A DNA stretch of 64,000 nucleotides from Bispira polyomma (taxonomy: Eukaryota), in the NCBI GenBank assembly GCA_965649765.1, contig OZ287748.1, positions 46,314,001 through 46,378,000 of the forward strand, written 5' to 3'. The notes under the pieces are model-generated. The model was not told where the DNA came from and searched no databases. It saw nothing but the letters and a program-made list of their open reading frames with translations. A program made the position numbers and the translations under genes. This document shows, piece after piece, positions 40,291-53,636 of the stretch (position 1 is its first letter; each line of letters starts with the position of its first letter).

Positions 40291-42065
40291 GCATGGCCTT
40301 ATTCAAAGAAAGTAGAACTTGCATTATCTGAACACCTTGGGAGTCTGTTCAGATAATCGAATAATGTTCATAATATAAGAGAGTGTTTGACAAATTTATT
40401 TTTTTGAAACTAAGTGTGCATTATATATCATTTTTCCAGAAGATATATCAGTAATCTGTTGAACCTTATTGCAACCAAAGAGAAGCATGTTTCAAAAAGG
40501 TTTAGGACTTAGTTCTAGCACAGGCCAACCTATTTATTTATAGCTAGTATTGTTGAATCTTGGGGCCCTAAAATTGGTTCAGGTTCTAGATAAATTCAAC
40601 TTATACTGGTTCCAGTTACAGGGACTTACTTTAACTGATAAAATGGATACATTGCATTAGTATTGTGTATTGTGGTTGTAATGAGATCACAGGACGTGTG
40701 CAAAAGACTGAAATTTCTTCCCCCCTGAGCAAATATTATCTGCATTCAAAAAAAAAAATACTGTTGCTGATCTACCTACACGTTTTTAAACCAGTCTGAT
40801 GTGCAGAGAGAAAATATTACAAAAACATAACACAAAAGAAGAAATTCATATGAAAAGAAAGCCATCGTGTTTAGAAAAAACAATAACATTTTATCTGGCA
40901 AAAATGAGAAAAGCAGAGGCAAATATCTTCTTATCAGCATGAAAATACACTATGTACATAGAAAATGAAAATCTCAGCTTTTTTCTGAGCCACAGCTGCT
41001 AAAAGTAAAGGATGTAAAATCTGCCACCTATCATAATTTCGAAACATTAATACCTAATAGAATGTAAATATTTCCTGAACAAAATTTAATTACAGCCGAA
41101 CCCCTTTAAGTGGAACTCTGTTAAGTCAATTTCCCTTTTATGTGGAGAAAATATTGTACATGTAGTCCCAAAACGACATTTTTTTTCTGTAAAATCTGCC
41201 CTGTTAAGTGAAAACCTTGCTTAAGTAGAGGTATTTCTCCTGGTCCCTAGAGCTTTTTCTATGAAAAACATTCATCAACATTATTGTTGTACAATATTTG
41301 GGTTTTAAGTTTTCATTTCTTAATTTATTATTTGTTTCTGTTATTTAAAATAAAGTGTAACACTATTACTCTGTATATCATATGTAAAATTCATATCAAC
41401 TCTAAGACTCACAAATACATGTACAATCAGAAGTTTCATCCCGAGTATTAAATGCATTCCTGAGAATGAAGAAAAAAGATTAAACAAAACCACTGAAAGG
41501 TTGGGTCATGTCTTATAAACAGGCACATTTTTTGTCTTCAAACTTTATAGCGTACAAACCAAGAGGCTCCTACAGAAAGAAACCACACAGGCCAAGAAAA
41601 GTGACAAAAGTGACACAACTAGAAATAGTGTTAGTCTGTTGGAACAGATAATTATACCATGAACTCCATCTTGACAAAAGCCCAGGCAACAAATAAAAGG
41701 TGGAATATATCAAAATCCATGCACTATAAATTTAAAGTCACCAGAACCGCCCACATGTACTTTTTTACTGAACACATAAAACTTCAAATTCCCACAAAAA
41801 ACATCCCTTGTTGCATAATAAATACAACCAGCAGCACTCTAATCACTGAGCAAGTCATCAGTGGATTATCTACACATAGAACCTTTTAGCCGCTCTGTAG
41901 AGACATAGAGATGAGCTTCTAATACTTGATTTGACCAGTCCTCCAGATTTATGACCTCCCCTATAGCTGGTGGACAGAGACAACTGAATTGCGGCTGGTT
42001 TTCATACACCCATATAAGCCGTCTGTACACGTCACATGTATACGTCAACATTTTAGCTCCTTATA

Positions 42066-42243
42066 CAGTAGAACCTCTATTATCCAAACTTCTATTGTAG
42101 TAATATTCTATTTTTTTAAACTAATTTTCACTTTCCCAACTTTATATTTATATACAGAAAGGCCTCTTTCTATGTTATGAACCTTCTATTATCCAAACAA
42201 AATCTTGCACTTCCAACACGTTCGGATAATAGAGTTTTCACTG
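42066..42243. mobile_element. Family-B MITE copy
   Basis: TA|CAGTAGAACCTCTATTATCCAAAC ... GTTCGGATAATAGAGTTTTCACTG|TA. Confidence 0.85.
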
Positions 42244-43461
42244 TATATGTATATTTCTTTTGAGTGTGTTCCTATATTTGCGTGAATGTCAGGTGTATGA
42301 TTTTTGACCGATGTGGATGGCAGGAGTTGTTTAAAGCGAGTACTTTCTTTGTAGGTTATTTTACATGCCTAAAGTTTTAGCCTCAAGATTCTAACAAATT
42401 AGTGAAAGAATAACAAAAATCGGACCGTAAATAAATAAAAGCTATGTCTTTTCAAAACTGTATGTTATAAAATAAATAATCTAGCCTTATTGATGTGTAC
42501 AGATGACTTGAACGGATGACGTATTTGCCTGTATGGAAACGGTACTTAATCGAAAGACAGTTTTTGAAGCTGGCTGGCTAGTCAGGCTACTACTATTGGC
42601 CATTTACGGGGTCAGTCCCCTGGGTAACACTGAGAGTTTTGCACCAGTAGCTCTGCTTTTAATACTAATCTATGGAGGGCGTGATTAGAAATGACAATAC
42701 AGTTCATCAGTTCTTCTGGCAGTGTCCATTACCCCATGATGCAATTAGAGGTTAGGAAACTGGAAATTAGGCAGATAAAAAAAACCTAAAAAGGGGAGGG
42801 AGGGGGAGCACTGAGTTCGCAGCTGTGATTCTATTTCTGGTATAATACTGGATGTAGGAATATTTTGCCTATCAAGGGATTTATACAAACCTAGCAGTCT
42901 GATACTTTTTGTGAAGATTTCAGTGGGTTTCTTTTGTGTTTATAACAATACCAGCTTAAATCTAAGGCAATAAGAATATACCCATTCGAAAAACGTTTCC
43001 CCTATTTTCTTGTGTGAAATAGCTAATTAACTGCAAAAGCACTGGTTTACTTTTTGTAGCTTCTTATATATTTCAGTTTTCTAACCATGTTTCAGTTCCC
43101 GGCATTTATTTTTTTTTTCAACGTAAAAATATCTAGGAAAACCTTTCTATATTGAAGATGCAAGATAGGCAAGTTTTGTAGGGTTTTTGCTGAATAATGT
43201 GTAAATCTAAAAGGTTGGTGGTAAACCCACAGCTGGGAGGAAAACATTACCCAAAAATAGGATTTCATTTCAGGAGTCTACCTTCACCAAATACGGTTAA
43301 TAATACAGGCAAATATGGCAGTATGGTTTTCTATGTATCATTACTGGAAGAAAATGATACTAATACCATTTTCTATGTGTAAAAATATCACTTCCAAGAA
43401 TTATGCTCAAAAGCATAGTACACACATAGAATATCTGATGGGGCTACAAAATACTACAAAC

Positions 43462-43953
43462 CTCATTTACAAAGGGTGTCTCGGTCAGTTTCACTTGGTG
43501 CTTCACTAATTTATCCCTGACTATTGCACTGAGGTGCAACTTTGGGAAAGTTTTAAAAGCCTGTCTGCCCTCAGCATATTCATCGGTGGTTTTCTCTATA
43601 ATATTATCCTCCTCCTGCTTTATCACCTCTGTTTCGCCTCCATTGGCCAGCCCTGGGCTCTGCCCAGCGTCATAAAAACTGTCTCTCTCCCGTGGACTCT
43701 CTGGTGTTTCCAGTATAAAATACACATGGTGACTACCCTGTCGCCTCAATGCTTCCACCGCGTTTAAAATATCCCGTCGGTGCTCTCCCTTAGTGACACC
43801 GATGGCATCCAAGTCAGGATGACCAATCTGTTTACAGATTTCTAGGTCATCGTATCCGTTATCCAGGAAGGCTTGGGTGTAGTGGACGAGGTTTAGGGTG
43901 CGTAACCACTCTTCTATGAAGCACGAACTGTTGCCTTCTTGGCCTCCTTCCAT
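43462..43953 (-). CDS. SAMD5: SAMD5-type SAM-domain first coding exon (164 codons) of a SAMD5/SASH1(SKIP)-like gene
   Basis: Translation MEGGQEGNSSCFIEEWLRTLNLVHYTQAFLDNGYDDLEICKQIGHPDLDAIGVTKGEHRRDILNAVEALRRQG..VYFILE matches the SAMD5 SAM signature (EWL..L.L..Y...F.DNGYDDLE.CKQIG.PDLDAIGV). The C-terminal FPKLHLSAIVRDKLVKHQVKLTETPF resembles SAMD5 [22 protein letters not shown]. ATG at 43953 is in strong context (ATCATGG). Donor GAG|GTTTGT after 43462 is phase 0. Confidence 0.93.
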
Positions 43954-44559
43954 GATGAACAACTAATATGTGTACAACCTTTTCATCACTTGTGTGTATT
44001 TAATCTCTACATTCACAGAGACACTACCTTCATCATCAAACCCATCACAAACAGTGAACTACTGGGTTTTAAAAATTTAAAACTTTCCCTTTTTTCTATA
44101 CAATTACATGTACCACAATATACTATAATAAGCCCCTCTCTTGAGATTGCATAAAATAAGCTAAACAAAATAAACTACATATGTCACTATATAAATAAAA
44201 TTTATTTTTTAAAATTTCTCTTTATATCATTTTATTTGGTACTTCCTCACTGTTCAATACAGCACATATCACTATTTTTGTTCATATTGTACAGAACTGA
44301 ACACAATTTATTTCTTTTTTCTAGTTGATACAACACATATCACCATTTTTGGGTTCAAATTGTACAAACTGTTACAATAGAGAAACTATAGAACAATAAA
44401 TAAATCCATTGTTCTGTGTTTAGAAGTGTTACACAATTCCTGACCATTCCATTACACTTGAGCTGTCAAATGCACTGCCTCTGGTAAATACACATACACA
44501 CACACATGTAGAGAGAGGCACATTTAACACCACCACACTCTCTCACACACATACACACA

Positions 44560-44630
44560 GTGTTTGACTGACTCAGTGAGTGCGTGAGCTGAGACAGACC
44601 TGGGCCAGTCTATTATAAAGGCGGGTGTGC
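44560..44630 (-). promoter_or_regulatory. Putative core promoter of the SAMD5-like gene
   Basis: On the minus strand: GC-box-like CCCGCC directly before TATAATA (44617-44611), a TCA initiator-like site ~32 nt downstream (44585), then TGAGTCA (AP-1, 44569-44575) overlapping TCAGTC (Inr consensus). About 630 bp upstream of the ATG and flanked by CA/GA microsatellites. Confidence 0.5.
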
Positions 44631-46522
44631 TAGGCGTACTGTGTACAACTCTTGATACAATCTGGCACACTTATAATAACTTTCCAGAGAGACAGAGAAA
44701 GAGAGAGAGTTATTTTTCTGTTATTGATTGCAGACTGAGCTATTCAATATGCACACATACACACACACAACCCACAAAAAAACAGACAAGCATTTTCTCA
44801 CTTTGTTGTGTTGATGTTTTGACTTAATCAGGTTCTTCTCCAAAACTCTCAAAAATATTGTCTCAGGCGGGGAGTGTATTAATTTGCCATATATGTCAAG
44901 TGGTAGGGATTTAATGTTCAATGGTTATCATTGTATATGGCTAAAGGGCCAGATATAAATATATATATATATATAAATCGCAAGGCTATATGTACTTACT
45001 TGAATAAGTGCTCTATTGTCAAAGGGGATTTTTTTTTACCATTAACTTATGATGAACCCTGAACAGATATAGAAGTGAAGTGCTTCCATTTCAATTACTG
45101 TAACAATACTCAATTCAACAATGAATTCCTCTGACAATAAGGAGCATTAAACATACCCTGAAAGTATAAAAATCTATCTATATATATATATCGAGGGATA
45201 TTAATATAAGTTAATTCAATCAAAGTCTTTTATCAAGATAAGACCAAGAACAAACAGTATATATATCTGACCTGGCTGTCCTTTATTTTATTAAGGGGGT
45301 AGTTTGTTTGTCTTTGTTGATACACCTGGAGATGTTTGAATTTACATATTGCCTGCTTTTACGTAAACAGTGATTTATTTACAGGCACTGAGGAAATCAT
45401 TGGGCTTCTTTTTCTACAATAGACAGCGTCTGACAAGTAACAAAGTGAAAATAAAAACACTTCAGTAACACCTGCTCCCACATGCCCCACACTCTAAATC
45501 AGCCGCTAATTAGTCTGGTTCCCCCAACACTTTCGGTTACTTTTAAAATATGGATCCCATCCTACACAATTCAAATGAGCAGTCTCTCCATTATCCACAA
45601 AATGTTTAAAATGTCAATAAGATATATACAGTTAAACCCCTTTAAGTTGAACCTCGAGGCACTAGGACACATGCATCTACTTGAGCAGGATTTCCAGTTA
45701 GCAGGGTAGATTTATTTAAGATAGAAAGCTTTTGTGGGACTACATACTTTTTTTTTATCCACATAAAAGTTAACTGACTTCACAAAATTCTACTTACAGG
45801 GGTATACATAATTTTAACATAAATGTTAGGTATTTCATATATCAGTAACATTTAGCAAAGTCCATAACATACCACTATATAATGTATGACTTGAAATAAA
45901 CAGACTGTGTCGTTTACATAAATCAAAATACAGAAGTCATTACTGTACATAAATGTACACAAAATGCAAATTCTGACCTACTACTATGGTATACTCCCAT
46001 ATACATTAATATTACATACATCAATGTATCCATATAGAGACACAAGTGCTTATAGAATGGGTGTAAACTGACACAGATGCTTTGACCACCAGCTGCAATA
46101 CTGCATCCATTCCATTACTGGCTTTCATATACATCTTCATTAAGACATTGGCAAAACATTGGTCCAATTACACAGTCTGTATGTGCTATTTTTTTATCCA
46201 TTTTTCTGTCCATCCTAAATTGTTGACTGTCATTCAGAAATTTAGATATACTACTGAAACCACCTGAGTGTGACAGTTTAAATCAGTTTTTGGAAACGTC
46301 AGATGTAAGATGACCTTAATTTTGTTGTTTGATCACATGACCCTAATGAGACACACTATGACCTTCATTCAGAGATATGACCTCCCGTCAATCATACATC
46401 TGCTTCCTAATCTGGAATAAAACTTGTGCACCACAGTTTTGATCAGTTTTTTAGAACCCTCCCTCAGGCCAGATGTGAGATGACCTTAACTCTGACAAGA
46501 TGACCTTTACAATGACCATGAT

Positions 46523-46719
46523 TCAGTCATACATCTGTTGATACATCTCCTGACCCACTCGTATATATTCCTCTTTCTCCATTGGTGTCATCTGTTCCAC
46601 CATCTCTGGCGTGACATCATGATATGGTATTTGTCTGCCACCCATGGTTACCATGGCATTACCATCTTCATCATCATCGCTCTCCATTTCCTCTACAGCT
46701 GCCGTACTGGTGGCACCAC
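46523..46719 (-). CDS. GTF2E1: Terminal coding exon of general transcription factor IIE subunit alpha (acidic C-terminal domain)
   Basis: Acceptor tttcttacattgtag|GT (phase 1). Peptide GATSTAAVEEMESDDDEDGNAMVTMGGRQIPYHDVTPEMVEQMTPMEKEEYIRVGQEMYQQMYD* matches the recalled TFIIE-alpha C-terminus (V.VAGRPFSYSEV...[28 protein letters not shown]). TGA at 46525-46523. Confidence 0.92.
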
Positions 46720-48129
46720 CTACAATGTAAGAAACAAGACTATATTTATTTGCTTAAAAGACTAAGATATAAATACAGTCAAGCTCTATAAGTAAAATTT
46801 TCATAAATCAATTTCCCTTACATGTGGAGAAAAATATTAAGTGCCATAAAGGCTTTTCCTGGTAAAATTTACTCTGTTAAGTGGAAACCCTCCTTAAGTA
46901 CGGGCATGTAGAGAAGCACCTGTAGTCTCAAACAGCATTTTCTTTTGAAATCTATTTGGTAAAGTGGAAATCCCGCTCAAGGTATTTTACCTGGTCGCTT
47001 GAAGTTCATCTCAAATTCAACTGTATATAGTGCTTACTCTGAACAAGTTGAAAGAGCAAGATTTTGTTTGGAATAGTTCATATAATAGAAAAGGCATTTT
47101 AGTATGAAACAATAGGAAAATGAAAATATGGGACAGTATAATTATGTTCATAAAACTAAATATTTGGATACAGGAAGTTTGGATGATAGAAGTTACAATG
47201 AATCTATAAAGACTCCTCATGGAATTACTTAGTAATGTTTTTTACAGTGTTTATAGACATATATAAAACACAGAGATAACATAATTTTTGTACATGTTTT
47301 CATAAGAACTTTGCAGACAGTTGTTTGCCTCATTTAACTGTTCTCCTGGAAAAATTATAGGAATGAATGTGTCCACCACTTTTCCAAAGTGTGCTAACTT
47401 GAAAAAAATCATACTGTAATATAGTTCAAGTTACACAGGAGATTTATTACTTAGTAATTAGAAAACCTTAAACTATTACAACTTGTATAATATCTTTTCA
47501 GGCCACTTGTGAGTCATGCTGTACATGAAAGCACTACACTATATAAGAAAAGTACAAATATCTAATGCAATAATCACAATATTTAAATTCAGTCCTTTCT
47601 GCTTAATGTGCCGTGTCAGATGTCAAAGGTGGGTAGTCCCTATGAAGTTGTGTAGGTCAGTCAGCAGGAGTAATTGTACAACTAATTAACACTGCATACA
47701 ATGGCCAAGTGAACTGAGAATTATTGCTGGATTATTCCATGTTACATGAGCAGCTCTCACTTGCTCCATTTGATCAGTAATTTAGGAGTTAGCCTTCCCC
47801 AGGCCTTACATTTGTGGCAAGAATATAATCTGCTGATGATATCATCTTTATTACCATTTCTTCAAAAATATAAACATTTGAAAATTTAACTGAAAATTTT
47901 ACATGTACATGGTTTTGGAGTACTCTGCTTAGAGTTTGATCAGTTCAACCTATTGTTGGATTTGTTGATTATTTTCAATTTCAACTTGCTTTCCATAACT
48001 GTGTCTTACATCATCACAGGCAGTTTTTATTGGTGGATGAAATGAGTATAGCGCAGTTGGTCAGGGGTTTCTGCACTAGAAACCACCAGCCTTATGCAAG
48101 TCTTAAAGGTCAAAGTAATTAGTTAACAT

Positions 48130-48500
48130 TGATAAAGGGTCATCCTCAAGCCCCTCTCTAGACTTAGGGGAATGACAGTAACTGGTGCTTGTTGGCTGTT
48201 CTTGAGATGTCAAGTCAATTATTATTATTATAATTGTGGACTTACTGATATATCATCCTCTGCGGCACTGATTTTCTTAAAGGATAGTCTTACAAATTAC
48301 AACATAGCCTGGATTGACATGAGTAAGCAATGGCATGTTTACATCCCGCTCAAGGATGTTATCCCCCAATTAATCAAGCGGAATAAGCGGGAGTCGAACC
48401 AGAGACCTTTCAATCACCAGACCAACTCTCCAAAACTTGAGTTCAAACCAGGGAATTTCTGATCATCAGACCAAGTTCCTAACCACTAGGCCATGGGAGT
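48130..48500 (-). mobile_element. tRNA-derived SINE, family 2, with duplicated tRNA-like head
   Basis: GAGTCGAACCAGAGACCTTTCAATCACCAGACCAACT and GAGTTCAAACCAGGGAATTTCTGATCATCAGACCAAGT in tandem. The body shares TGTTTACATC..CAAGGATGTT with 11987-12260. Confidence 0.65.
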
Positions 48501-50960
48501 CAATTGGCATTTTAAATATGAGATAAAGTTGAAAAGAATGCACTGATACTGTAGATGAATTGATGTCACAAAGAGCCTACAGAAAGACTATGAGGAAGCA
48601 TATGGAGGAGACTGGGTATATTTACTCAGTACACACTTTGTACCAGCTGATTCAAAGCTCTGCTCATGTCAATTCACTCCTGGTGTTTATGAAACATGTT
48701 ACCACAGTTCAATGGTTAGTAGATTACATTGAAGGCTGTTTTACTGCATATACATTGTGTATTAAACATGTACATAGTGTATGAAAATATATATTTATCT
48801 ATATATATATATTCATTTTCTCATTACATCTCATGAGCTTCAGACACATGTACATGTAGTTCCTATCCCTCCCATCAATATAAAGTCTTTGTTCATGTGG
48901 AAAGGTCTTTAACAATTTGACATTTAATATCATTAACAATTTATCATGATAGTAACTGGATATCCAATGAGTAATTTCTATATACAGAGAAAATATGACA
49001 ATTTTAGTTGCATGAACCACTCAAATTAACAGATGACTTTGATCAGAGTTCTGAAATTGTCATGAAAATGTGTAGATTATGTACAAGGCTTAATAAAAAA
49101 AATATTTAAGAAATGATGAGGCAAATGGGAAGAAGATAAATGTACATGGTATTAATGTATGAATCAGGCACAATGATATAATCACTGTGGTTAATTTTTC
49201 AGTGAAATGACTAAAAAAATGATGCCATTATATAAATTTACCTCACGTGATAATCTTATTTTTGATAGCTCTTTATAATAGTTTTCCTACTGAATTTGTG
49301 GTTAAATTAAAATAAGTGCCAGATATTGACAAAGGACTTCTTATTCTGAAATGGGTCCAACTACACATGCTAACAAATGTGAGAAATAGTTACTACATTT
49401 TACAGTTTAGATATTTATGCATTAAAACATCAGACACTACTGCATAATAGACACTAAATATTAGAAGGTTTGCTTTTAATACATAATCAAAGCACAAATA
49501 CAATCAACTTATAAATTATAGATTCCATGCTAATAAATTGCCCCTATTGGTATTTATTGTAATGTATTGATTTATGTCCCCTGCTTTTGTCTCCGGACCC
49601 AATTAAAGTGAGTGTCACACTGTCACCAGGCATCCTGCGGTATCTCCACCACTTGAGCTGGACAGAGGACTAATGGGCCAGAATGAACCACTTAAAGTCC
49701 GGGGCGTTTCCTCTCTCTATATCGGCGCCCCTTGTATGCATGACTAGGCAAGCCAGGCCAGCTTGCATGATGGATGTCACCACTGAGCAATAGGTTCACC
49801 GAATTTAAATAAATAAAGCAAAAAATGCCGCAAATTACGTTATTGTGATGCTGCATGGGGGAGAATTTTAACACCTCACAGCTGAAAACATGACGCCATT
49901 AGGAGTTCCTTTTTTTAGCCTTGAAAAATTTGATAATTATGTTAATTAGTATTGATTGCACTCCTCTTTTTTGGTTTCAGTGAGCATAGATTCATTAAAC
50001 CACAGCAAACTCCCGAGATCATATTTCTGGTGTTCACCATTCAAAAGATACAGGTGCTGAATCATCGCTCCTGAGGTTTAAACATTTTAACATTTGGTTC
50101 AACCCAGAATTAGGTTTCCTTGCACAGAATTATATTCAGAGCAACAGTGTCACAACAAAATCATTGCATGTTTTCGGGGTACAATGCCAACTGTAGTTTT
50201 TATGTTGTTAATAATTAAAGCACAAATGTGTATTTTTTTGGTTAATTACTTGTATCCACAGTATCATTCTTTATTTTTATACTTCTGAATTGAACAGTGG
50301 TTTGACAAATTAATTAAAATCCCAGGTGGAAAAATTAAAAAATCCCCTTTTAAGATGCAATTTCTTGCAGACTAAACCCAAGATGCCATTAATTGCTAAT
50401 TGTTAAAATAGCATATTACGTGTTATATCACATAACATGTATACAGTATATGCTTTGTTACTCTATCTTCATTATCCTTGAAAAAAAAAATTGCCCTATG
50501 TTTCTGAGAAACTAAAAACAATTTAAAAAGAAAATTAACAATAGATATTAAGCAACTTTTTCCCCTGATAAAATGATGATTAATTAGTTTTTTTGAAACT
50601 AAAGATCTAAAGATTATGGTCCTACACACTTGTTTCGAGTCATTTACCGGTAATTATTTACTGAAAAACCCAAACTTTAATAGAAATCTTCAACTCTGGC
50701 AAATTTTAATGAAAATCATTTCAAATATCTTTCCTCATTGTTTTCCTTTTCTCCGATTTTTTGTTTACACTGCTAATTTTTGTAGAAAATTGTTGGCAAT
50801 TGGCCTTTAAGATTTGTTATGACACTTGAATGTAATAGTTTCCTTTCTCAGCAGGAAGCCATATATTTTTGTTATATCTAGAGGAGTAAGTGCTTAGTAG
50901 TAAGTGTAGCCTTGTCTGAGGCCCCCATTTCTTTAGCGGGGTAATTGAATTTGAATATAT

Positions 50961-51160
50961 TTAGGTTTTACGTCGTTTTCAACAGCTTTGGTCATATTGC
51001 GATGGCCAGGTTTAGTGGAGGAGCAAACAATCGACCTACGACAAGTTCCTGACAAACTTCCTCACATGAAGAAGGAATCTGTGGGATTCGATGTCCAGAG
51101 GTGAGAGGCCTGCAGTGATTTTAAAACACATGCTTATAACCACTCAGCCACCGCAGCCGC
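50961..51160 (-). mobile_element. tRNA-derived SINE, family 1, second copy
   Basis: Reverse complement reads GGTGGCTGAGTGGTTA...AAAATCACT..CTCTCACC..TCGAATCCC...GAAGTTTGTCAGGAACTTG...CTGGCCATCGCAATATGACCAAAGCTGTTGAAAACGACGTAAAACC, colinear with the 8575 copy. Confidence 0.78.
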
Positions 51161-52992
51161 TCTCTCTTTTGTAATAATGAACATATTACGGTGGAACCTC
51201 TATTATCTCAACATATTAGGAAGGTTTGGACAATAGAAAAAGTTAGAAGATATTGTAATGTAAAGCAATAGGAAGTAAATATTAGAGAGTAAAAACAAAC
51301 ATTAAAATTTCAGAAGATCAGATAATAAGAGGTCTCCACTGTATTTACAATTCAGATTTACCTACATTCCTATCTAACATAATAAGCCCAATGAAATGAA
51401 CATCCAGATGTCTGTTCTTAACTAGTTGGCACACAATGCTCCAAAGTTTGACTTTCATCAAAGCACAAAGACCTTGTCACACATACTTCAGTCGAATTTG
51501 TATGATCTGAAAATCTATTATATGAATTCATTTTTACTAGGGATTGTAATTGTAATCCAAAATTTGTAATTCAGGGATCCAAAATTTATGTTTTTCCATT
51601 GTTTTGCACTAAAATTCCTCCTCTATTTTATGAACATTCTATTAACCAAACAAAATCTTGCTGATCTCTCAATATGATTGATAGATAGTACGTTCTACTC
51701 TATGCATAAAATTAGCCATTAATAACAGCTATATCCTGTCAGACTTTACAACAAAATGTTGATCCTTGACCAAGGCTACTATTTTTGTTGTATATGGTTG
51801 TGTGTAATAAGGGCTAGCCTCTTGTCTGCAGACACCAGGACACTGCTAGGAGGTGATACATACAGGTACAACCCCCATTAGTAGGAGGGAACTATCAAAT
51901 ACAATGATGCTCCTGTCATATGCCAGTAAATGTTTTTAAATAGACACTCCTTTGATGTGCCCAGTAAAATCCACAGCAGACATTTGGAATCATTGATTTT
52001 TTTTTTACACTTTTTACACCATGAATTGACATACTCAAATACATGTAAACCCCTTTAAGTAGAACACTGTTTTAAGTGGAATTCCCTTTTATATAGAGAA
52101 AGATATATTGTCTCACAAAATTATTTTCTTTTAAACTTGACCCTGATAAGTGAAAATCCTGTGAAAGTAGAGCTATTTCTCCTGGGGAATTAAGGTTTGA
52201 ATAAAATGGGTTTAACCGTAGCATCTCATTTTTCTCAAATGTGTTTTTAGTAGAATTTAAGATTAAGTTGGTCTTTAATTAATACATGTACAAGTATCAT
52301 TATTCAGATCATAACACAATTTTTTAACTGTAGGTATTCTTCTGTATCTCTAATATTCAAATTGACAGAATTTGTAAACCAAGGGTATTTCATTTACAAA
52401 TTTAAATCATCATCTCCGATAAGATTTTATACATTTACCAGCCTATATACTGAACCTATACTATGAACATATAATATTCAACACAATACTATGTTGCAAA
52501 CTTGTAGAATATACTTTAGGATTTAGACAAAAGCTTAAACCCAACAACTCTAATCAAAGAGCCCTGGTAGTGAGAGGTGGAAGGTGATCTTTGATACTTT
52601 GTTTTGGCACCAGCCCCCTAACTTAACAGGGACACCTGTGATTACCTCCTCAATACTCCCAGCACTTCAAAACACATCACCTACCCTGGGACAACCCAAC
52701 TGCTTAGCTCATTCAATATGCTAGCCTGGGCCTGGGCTTTCCTAATTAACATGATCTTCAGGAGCGGTAGTCACAAACACTCTTCTGAGTAGAATTCTTA
52801 GAATTCTTAGAATTTTCTTAATCTCAGCCAGTTAGATTATTTGAAAGAATATTTTTAGCAATTTAAAATAATAGCAAAAAAAACAAAAAACTTTGTGAAT
52901 ACCAGTGCTGATCATAATTGATGACTTCTTAGTTTCTGCTAATTATTACATTAATATTTAGCAGTTGATAAAAGGAAGAATGCAAAAGTAAG

Positions 52993-53052
52993 TAATAATT
53001 GTAGGAAACGGTGAACTGATCATAATAATTGTAGGAAATGGTGAACTCATCA
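52993..53052. repeat. 30-bp tandem duplication
   Basis: TAATAATTGTAGGAAA(C/T)GGTGAACT(G/C)ATCA x2. Confidence 0.9.
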
Positions 53053-53633
53053 AAACAATCAGAGTAAACAATTTGCATTTATAATGAGGCTATGATTAAA
53101 TAGAAGGCTAGCAAAAAAAGTTTTTGTTAAAAAATAAGGGCACCAGTCTCTTTAATGTTATATTTACTTTTTACATATGTAAAAAATATTTCAATATTTG
53201 AAATTTACCATTATATATGTGAGTGTAGAACCCACAAACTAAATTCCTCAATTTACCACTGTAACCACTAAGCTTCCTCAAATACTTCTTATTTATCTCA
53301 ATCAAGTCATCACACAACACAACATGGAGGTCATGCTTACTGAATCATGTGCCATTCAAGCATACAAAGTAACCAAGTAGAAAGAATACCATTCAAAATG
53401 ACACCATCATGTCTACAATTCATAACTTGTGTGATACATGAGCATAGGACATAAGCTGATCCGTGTCATTTTATGAACTCACTTCCACTTTTTCAAAATT
53501 ATAATTATTGGCAGTTTAAATGTAAATATTTAAAAAGACGCAACACAATTCTTGTACAAAGTCTTCGAATAACTGATGAAATACATTTTCTATCACACAA
53601 TCCAGAACGACTGTACCTCAGATATTAGCCACA

Positions 53634-53636
<3 letters not shown>

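Noticed and set aside
43954-43962. ORF-track start at 43962 (MFIM...)
   Set aside because: It is a TTG. The eukaryotic start is the ATG at 43953 in strong Kozak context.
46538-46765. Plus-strand His-rich 75-aa ORF
   Set aside because: Antisense shadow of the GTF2E1 exon. The same applies to 43534-43767 opposite SAMD5.
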